From contig NW_026262679.1 in NCBI RefSeq assembly GCF_021869535.1, forward strand, positions 121,768,001 to 121,832,000: a stretch of 64,000 bases of DNA. The letters are read 5' to 3'. Of the stretch, positions 61,801 to 64,000 are shown one piece after another (the first letter of the stretch is position 1; every line of letters starts with the position of its first letter). A program made the position numbers and the translations under genes. Source of the DNA: Mytilus californianus. Taxonomy: Eukaryota. The notes under the pieces were generated by a model. The model made no database searches. It was not told the origin of the DNA and saw nothing but the letters and a program-made list of their open reading frames with translations.

Positions 61801-63770
61801 TATGTGGGGAGATCCACAAAATAGACCAGGAACTTCTGTAAGTGTTTTATGTGGGGAGATCCAAAAAATAGACCAGGAACTTCTGTAAGTGTTTTATGTG
61901 GGGAGAACCACAAAATAGACCAGAAACTTCTGTAAGTGTTTTATGTGGGGAGAACCACAAAATAGACCAGGAACTTCTGTAAGTGTTTTATGTGGGGAGA
62001 TCCACAAAATAGACCAGGAACTTCTGTAAGTGTTTTATGAGGGGAGATCCAAAAAAAAGACCAGGAACTTCTGTAAGTGTTTTATGTGGGGAGAACCACA
62101 AAATAGACCAGGAACTTCTGTAAGTGTTTTATGTGGGGAGAACCACAAAATAGACCAGGAACTTCTGTAAGTGTTTTATGTGGGGAGATCCACAAAATAG
62201 ACCAGGAACTTCTGTAAGTGTTTTATGTGGGGAGATCCAAAAAATAGACCAGGAACTTCTGTAAGTGTTTTATGTGGGGAGAACCACAAAATAGACCAGG
62301 AACTTCTGTAAGTGTTTTATGTGGGAAAAACCACAAAATAGACCAGGAACTTCTGTAAGTGTTTTATGTGGGGAGATCCAAAAAATAGACAAGGAAATTC
62401 TGTAAGTGTTTAATGTAGGGAGAACCATAAAATAGACGAGAAACTTCTGTAAGTGTTTATTGTGGGGAGAACAACAAAATAGGCAAGGAAATTCTGTAAT
62501 TGTTTTTTTTGGGAGAACCACAAAATAGACAAGGAACTTCTGTAAGTGTTTTAATTGGGGGAGAACCACAAAAAAGATATGGAACTTCTGTTATTGTTTT
62601 GTGTTGGTAGAACCAAAAAAATAGACCAGAAACTTTTGTAAGTGTTTAATGTGGTGAGAACCCCAAAATAGACCAGGAACTTGTTGGGAGAACCACAAAA
62701 TAGACTAGGAACTTCTGTAAGTGTTTTATGTGGGGAGAACCCCAAAATCGACCAAGAATTTCTGTAAGTGTTTTATGTTGGGAGAACCACAAAGTAGACG
62801 AGGAAATTCTGTAAGTGTTTTATGTGGGGAGAACCACAAAAAAGGCAAGGAACTTCTGTAAGTGTTTTATGTGGGTAGAACCACAAAATAGACCAGAAAC
62901 TTCTGTAAGTGTTGTAATGTGGGGAGTACCCCAAAATAGACCAGGAAATTGTTGGAAGCACCACAAAATAGACAAGGAAGTTCTGTAAGTGTTTTATGTG
63001 GGGAGAACCACAAAATAGACTAGGAACTTCTGTCCTTCAACTTCACGCCATATAATAGATTGACCAACGTCTAGATAAGTTGTAAAAGAATGCAAAAAAG
63101 AATTACCAATATTTCATGGTTAAGTTGCTTGGAAGAATTTTTAAAACATCTTTACTTAGTAAAAGTTCACATTCAAGTTTAGTAATTTCATATACTGAGC
63201 GACCTGTAACTTAGTGTGAGGATGCAGCTCAGGAAATGTCAACCTCCAACAAAAAGAAGGTTACTTTGACCTATATTTCACATTTTATAAGTTTATGCAT
63301 GTTGAGCTCATATCTGATACATGTAGTAACCTTACCTTTACCATAATTCTCTCCGCGCCAGAAGTCGCATAAGGCCTCCACTATCTGATAGTAAGTGTCC
63401 TACAATTGTTTAACCTGCTGTAAGGGTGGTATTTAAATTTTATCACAGCTATCCATGTAAAGTAAGCTGGGGGAAAATAAAATAAAAATTGTGAATGCCA
63501 ACCCAACACTGGTTGAATTTACAAGCTTATGAAAATGTAAAAATCTTTCCTCAAGGCAAAAATGTGCTTTTAGAAATACAGGTTTTATTGCCATTTGTTT
63601 TGATTAAAACTTGCATGGCAAATACGCTAGGTTTTTGTAATTAAATAGGTGACTGGCAACTATTATATTTTTTATAGGCTCCAAGATCAGCAATAACACC
63701 AGCACAGTTAGCAGCTGCCTTAGCCTCAGCAGGAGGCCCATCTCAACCAGACACCAGTCCACAACCACAG
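37743..63770 (+). CDS. UBL7: Ubiquitin-like protein 7, 3'-partial (UBA-domain exons lie beyond the window)
   Basis: Exons 37743-37884, 50851-50970, 58614-58693, 59387-59471, 60032-60089, 60997-61103, 61676-61743, 63678-63770 (753 nt, in frame). UBL domain ELIYCGKKLQDNQPL. Segments LENVIAASPGLEKDPVAIAMLQD, HPAFGQA, FEQMSDDED and ITPAQLAAALA match recalled vertebrate UBL7 LDQIIVATPGLSSDPIALGVLQD, HPALVNA, FEGLSDDED and ITQSELATALA. Confidence 0.85.
38564..40302 (+). repeat. 5' LTR (1739 bp)
   Basis: Direct repeat of 48160-49898 (offset 9596); only one mismatch spotted by eye (T40126 vs C49722). Confidence 0.97.
40306..40323 (+). promoter_or_regulatory. Primer-binding site complementary to the tRNA-Leu 3' end
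   Basis: TGGTGTCAGAAGTGGGAT, 3 nt after the LTR; reverse complement of ATCCCACTTCTGACACCA. Confidence 0.9.
40482..41537 (+). CDS. gag: Gag polyprotein (351 aa) with CCHC zinc knuckle
   Basis: Retrotransposon-gag-like core (PEPFSGKDCWEEYLSHFEDCAELGQW...LRGQARTYY); CYSCNSPDHFMRNC knuckle. Confidence 0.92.
   Translation: MADAGRNSPDPEINFRRERDLDDLGQGDQIHTDDNDDFDRESILQGHGDEIAQRPKGRDEYQRHDFDDRNDRGNHNMQPIGPPKVTLKPEPFSGKDCWEEYLSHFEDCAELGQWGNRTKLLFLAASLRGQARTYYMSLSPDDRRTYQMLTQKLDQRFGSSKHKNRWLSKLEMRRRMPGESIAEVGDDIRQLAQKAYYDLDLAAQESLALNQLFKVIPVEMKCRCIDKECQTIADAVDVIERYESILGDGDKKKSTIRAVESKDIEGHMSEKDYQSNLQALQDRIAKLEQGHGNRDTKRANTGRCYSCNSPDHFMRNCPHKNNQRARGNFQGNQRHNTSFNNNQGNDRTLAQ
41507..45322 (+). CDS. pol: Pol polyprotein: aspartic protease, RT, RNase H, integrase (intact)
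   Basis: LIDSGST; LLLYMDDII; LDTDAS...CVTRKELLAV...RTDN; HDVPSAGH...CDQC; IDILGP/LHSDQG/GSVERFN (DDE); KWKGPY. No stops. Confidence 0.96.
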   Translation, partial: PGKRQNAGSIGRELVTEDKRPDIKGEKHVRTGHIGETDDNWDNGFYTNGLIYGFPVNFLIDSGSTASILSIEVYEKLPLNVWCSLVPNKSEVFDVNGNKVFAIGSITLELKLGLENFSQNFMICNINQDGILGQDFLLKEVSKVNYQRMVLHTIHNQEIQCWIGGKANMICRVEIKDNMTIPPMTSTMMPVEIPGVNHLTEYGLIEGTTGTAKSTLAIPGIINTKDQAHFVNVVNYGDDEVKLYKKETIGTCESYTEHDLKSEQIRTLQEDCFTAGEEIPEHLIDLLKRSSTYLNENQRQQLSRLLSQYQNVFSRTDDDIGRTDLVTHRINTGNAIPFRQRSRRMPLGKQEMEKSEVNRMLDKGIIEPSSSPWASNIVLVMKKNGRPRCCVDYRILNDVTKKDSYPIPRVDECLDSLAGGKFFGSMDLNSGFWQIGMAPDDKEKTAFLTSLGLYQFTVMPFGLANSPSTFERLMENVLRGLQWKELLLYMDDIISVSSTFEEGLGRLERIFIRLQNAHLKLKPAKCIFFQKQVRFLGHIVSEDGISTDLEKTKAIDDWPIPKSAKQVRSFLGLCSYYRRFVKGFAAIARPMHKICEKNSRFAWNDECQKAFEQLKNALTSTPVLAYPLPNLPFILDTDASDKAVGAVLSQIQEGLERVIAYMSKSMNIHEQAYCVTRKELLAVIIALKTFHHYLYGQKVLLRTDNAAVSWMKNLKKPTGQTARWLEELGTYNLTVTHRAGRKHSNADALSRRPCKSCEKQESGNHTSDDETDEIQLEESDFVNQELHENEEPTPRIEIVRICTRSQTGNQSSATPSGYCIEGWDPDSIRQCQLEDPDMSLIVTYLQEKKNKPDWDQVSKGTSYQKTIWRQWDRLTINNGMLYRKFYCSDKDDVDNFKLQLLVPKSHQKTVFKYFHDVPSAGHLGPDKMLSRIQQLFYWPAMRSSITRYCKECDQCAARKSLKRNKAPLGQYLVGEPMERVAIDILGPLPLTKRQNRYVLVLCDCFSKWTEAYAIPDQESLTIARTIVNEFICRFGSPLQLHSDQGRSFEAKLFQDLCDLLKIDKTRSTSQHPQSNGSVERFNRTLLSMLTFYCQNDQRNWDEILPQVMMAYRSSVHASTGQTPNMMMFGRNIFLPMEAVIPRPDGPDESTTPETDKYINELQDAMLKSHVLARKHLKQNSEYQKRHYDLKAVKRELQIGQAVWLYDASKRKGICHKLTLKWKGPYVVTRKIDDITYLVKRSKKQPGKVYHIDRLLPYQGRNPPTWFSSRKA
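41510..41516 (+). promoter_or_regulatory. -1 ribosomal frameshift slippery heptamer G GGA AAC
   Basis: X XXY YYZ in the gag frame (CAG GGA AAC); the pol (-1) frame is open from 41507. Confidence 0.75.
45878..48076 (+). CDS. Retrotransposon accessory ORF3 (732 aa): two C2H2-like zinc fingers, E/K/R/Q helical repeat, unknown C-terminal domain
   Basis: CWLCPMTFRTRRQLKNHLAAAPH and CVWCPEEKSYRRMVDLKEHIMANH; KRKKK basic patch; no signal peptide or TM segment; lies between pol and the PPT. Confidence 0.85.
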   Translation: MRPSSQVEVKCWLCPMTFRTRRQLKNHLAAAPHKRLSVVCVWCPEEKSYRRMVDLKEHIMANHRSKIEIMPYSFLSENNGFWMSNYPETYAKVISPSNENSQEAMKARIEVLEFLNRVGNTNRKKEDWTQGWKCPREMVRGTQEEEVEQEKTNGSYSPTRPTIYEGLALQQLTLGLGDSTAIFKLDLGVSIRFYQISLNDLVLRDHKMLDALIRRMTALVNTKYAGSHTFSASIDGKLKSIVTPVVARKLSISEEYIADIKTSDELFPGKHTIAITNPLSPLKTPSTSDIILEDDSDNEEPEILNEKATSQKKSKKTENEGEKNGEKRKKKNNHQEQKAKKIKQGKGDKEQDEEIRLKEEELRKQEKQKQDEEMRLQEEEQKRREEQKQEEIRLKEEEQKKQEKRKQDEEVRLKEAELKRKEKQKQEEEIRRKEEEQRKQEKQKQDEEMRLKEEEQKRREEQKQEEIRLKEEEQKKQEKRKQDEEVRLKEAELKRKEKQKQEEEIRRKEEEQRKQEKQKQDEEERLKEEKRIQEEKHNEESKRKELEASEDRGTDCTTLNGNITASERARTLLRKGGMPLFPAGRREWNQEEVIPLITIPAVVSWPPKNWKKMTPEQKYFNWEYASIALELNSGKQLQFTKEELLLKYHFLALPGTKTPTGSEENTMATKSRFYLYQALAYIIKSDKEDTSTVQTLKMLETAVKERDNSTDDVIKRIDALDIPLRLGEDIEH
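46931..47470 (+). repeat. Coding tandem repeat of 54/57-bp units with a 225-bp higher-order duplication
   Basis: Nine full units of (D/E)EE(I/M/V)R(L/R)(K/Q)E..Q; caggatgaggaaatgagact recurs at 46985 and 47210. Confidence 0.9.
48146..48159 (+). promoter_or_regulatory. Polypurine tract
   Basis: AAAGGTGGGGGAAG directly abutting the 3' LTR TG. Confidence 0.88.
48160..49898 (+). repeat. 3' LTR (1739 bp)
   Basis: Copy of 38564-40302; preceded by the PPT and followed by the GTAT TSD. Confidence 0.97.
50851..50970 (+). CDS. UBL7: UBL7 coding exon 2 (ubiquitin-like domain)
   Basis: ttttacag|AA TTA ATT TAC TGT GGT ... CAG G|gtaaat. Confidence 0.88.
51027..51310. repeat. 26-bp minisatellite, ~11 copies
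   Basis: gtagaatatatcattacataacatgt at 51029, 51055 and onward. Confidence 0.9.
52715..52935. repeat. ~34-bp minisatellite, ~6 copies
   Basis: aattgcacagtattgcgcaatagcaagaaat units. Confidence 0.8.
52990..54880. repeat. Satellite array of 126-bp and ~136-bp variant monomers
   Basis: gggtccaaaattaaactttgtttgattt recurring, e.g. 53352 and 53478 (period 126). Confidence 0.92.
56630..57720. repeat. Second satellite array of the same monomer family, regular trimer order
   Basis: Variant order C-A-B-C-A-B-C-A. Confidence 0.85.
58614..58693 (+). CDS. UBL7: UBL7 coding exon 3
   Basis: ttcatag|AT ATG ATG ... GCT ATA|gtaagt; bridges phase 1 to phase 0. Confidence 0.75.
59387..59471 (+). CDS. UBL7: UBL7 coding exon 4
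   Basis: ttgtag|GTA GAA AGA ... ATT G|gtagat. Confidence 0.85.
60032..60089 (+). CDS. UBL7: UBL7 coding exon 5
   Basis: gttacag|CT ATG CTT CAA GAC ... AGA CA|gtgagt. Confidence 0.85.
60997..61103 (+). CDS. UBL7: UBL7 coding exon 6
   Basis: ttcacag|A ATA TTA GAG ... CCT G|gtattt. Confidence 0.85.
61676..61743 (+). CDS. UBL7: UBL7 coding exon 7 (its last 27 nt form part of the first minisatellite unit)
   Basis: tttccag|GT GCT TAC ... ACT TCT|gtaagt; GAYSFEQMSDDEDMEPQNRPGTS. Confidence 0.85.
61717..63033 (+). repeat. 47-bp minisatellite (~29 units), each unit = 27 nt of UBL7 exon 7 + 20 nt of intron including GTAAGT
   Basis: gaaccacaaaatagaccaggaacttct|gtaagtgttttatgtgggga; tctgtaagt at 61741, 61788, 61835 and onward. 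Confidence 0.95.
63678..63770 (+). CDS. UBL7: UBL7 coding exon 8
   Basis: tttatag|GCT CCA AGA ... CCA CAG|gtattt; SAITPAQLAAALASA. Confidence 0.85.
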
Positions 63771-64000
63771 GTATTTTATAATATTATTTCAAATTGTTTT
63801 TCAAAAATCAGTTTACAAGTACTTATGGATACCAAAATTTAGAGTCATCCAAGGTTTGTATATATACAAAAATTGAAAAGTTAGTGTCACAAAGTATAAA
63901 GTGTTAATATAGGTATTATTTGTAGAAACTGTTAATTTGGGTTAAGATAGATCTTGTTTCTAAACTTCACAAATATGACTGGTTCAAATGAATTCTATCA

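Noticed and set aside
61717-63033. Regularly spaced repeats resembling a CRISPR array
   Set aside because: Units are contiguous copies with no unique spacers, the context is eukaryotic and intronic, and there are no cas genes. It is a minisatellite.

Overview
AT-rich, intron-containing eukaryotic DNA. The repeat families look like those of a mussel or other bivalve (Mytilus-like; this is inference). Three host genes can be assembled exon by exon with consistent GT-AG phases. (1) Minus strand, 7 exons, 458 aa: signal peptide, JmjC/cupin dioxygenase domain, EF-hand and a C-terminal KEEL (5475-13163). (2) Plus strand, 6 exons, 1080 aa: PIGO, GPI ethanolamine phosphate transferase 3 (18977-31028). 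(3) Plus strand: UBL7, 8 coding exons from 37743, running off the window end. UBL7 intron 1 holds an intact, very young 11.3-kb Ty3/Gypsy LTR retrotransposon (38564-49898). It has 1739-bp LTRs, a GTAT target-site duplication, a tRNA-Leu PBS, gag and pol linked by a G GGA AAC -1 frameshift site, and a third 732-aa ORF that is not env (two C2H2-like fingers, a charged helical repeat and an unknown C-terminal domain). A second, non-coding LTR element (14377-18649) lies between the divergent JmjC and PIGO genes. The rest is Helentron/HINE-like elements carrying satellite arrays, Penelope-like RT relics, MITEs and minisatellites. Two splice sites have been tandemly amplified: a 71-bp duplication of a PIGO acceptor and a ~29-copy 47-bp array that repeats a UBL7 exon end plus its donor. 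No rRNA, tRNA gene or CRISPR array was found. All comparisons were made by eye, with no database searches.
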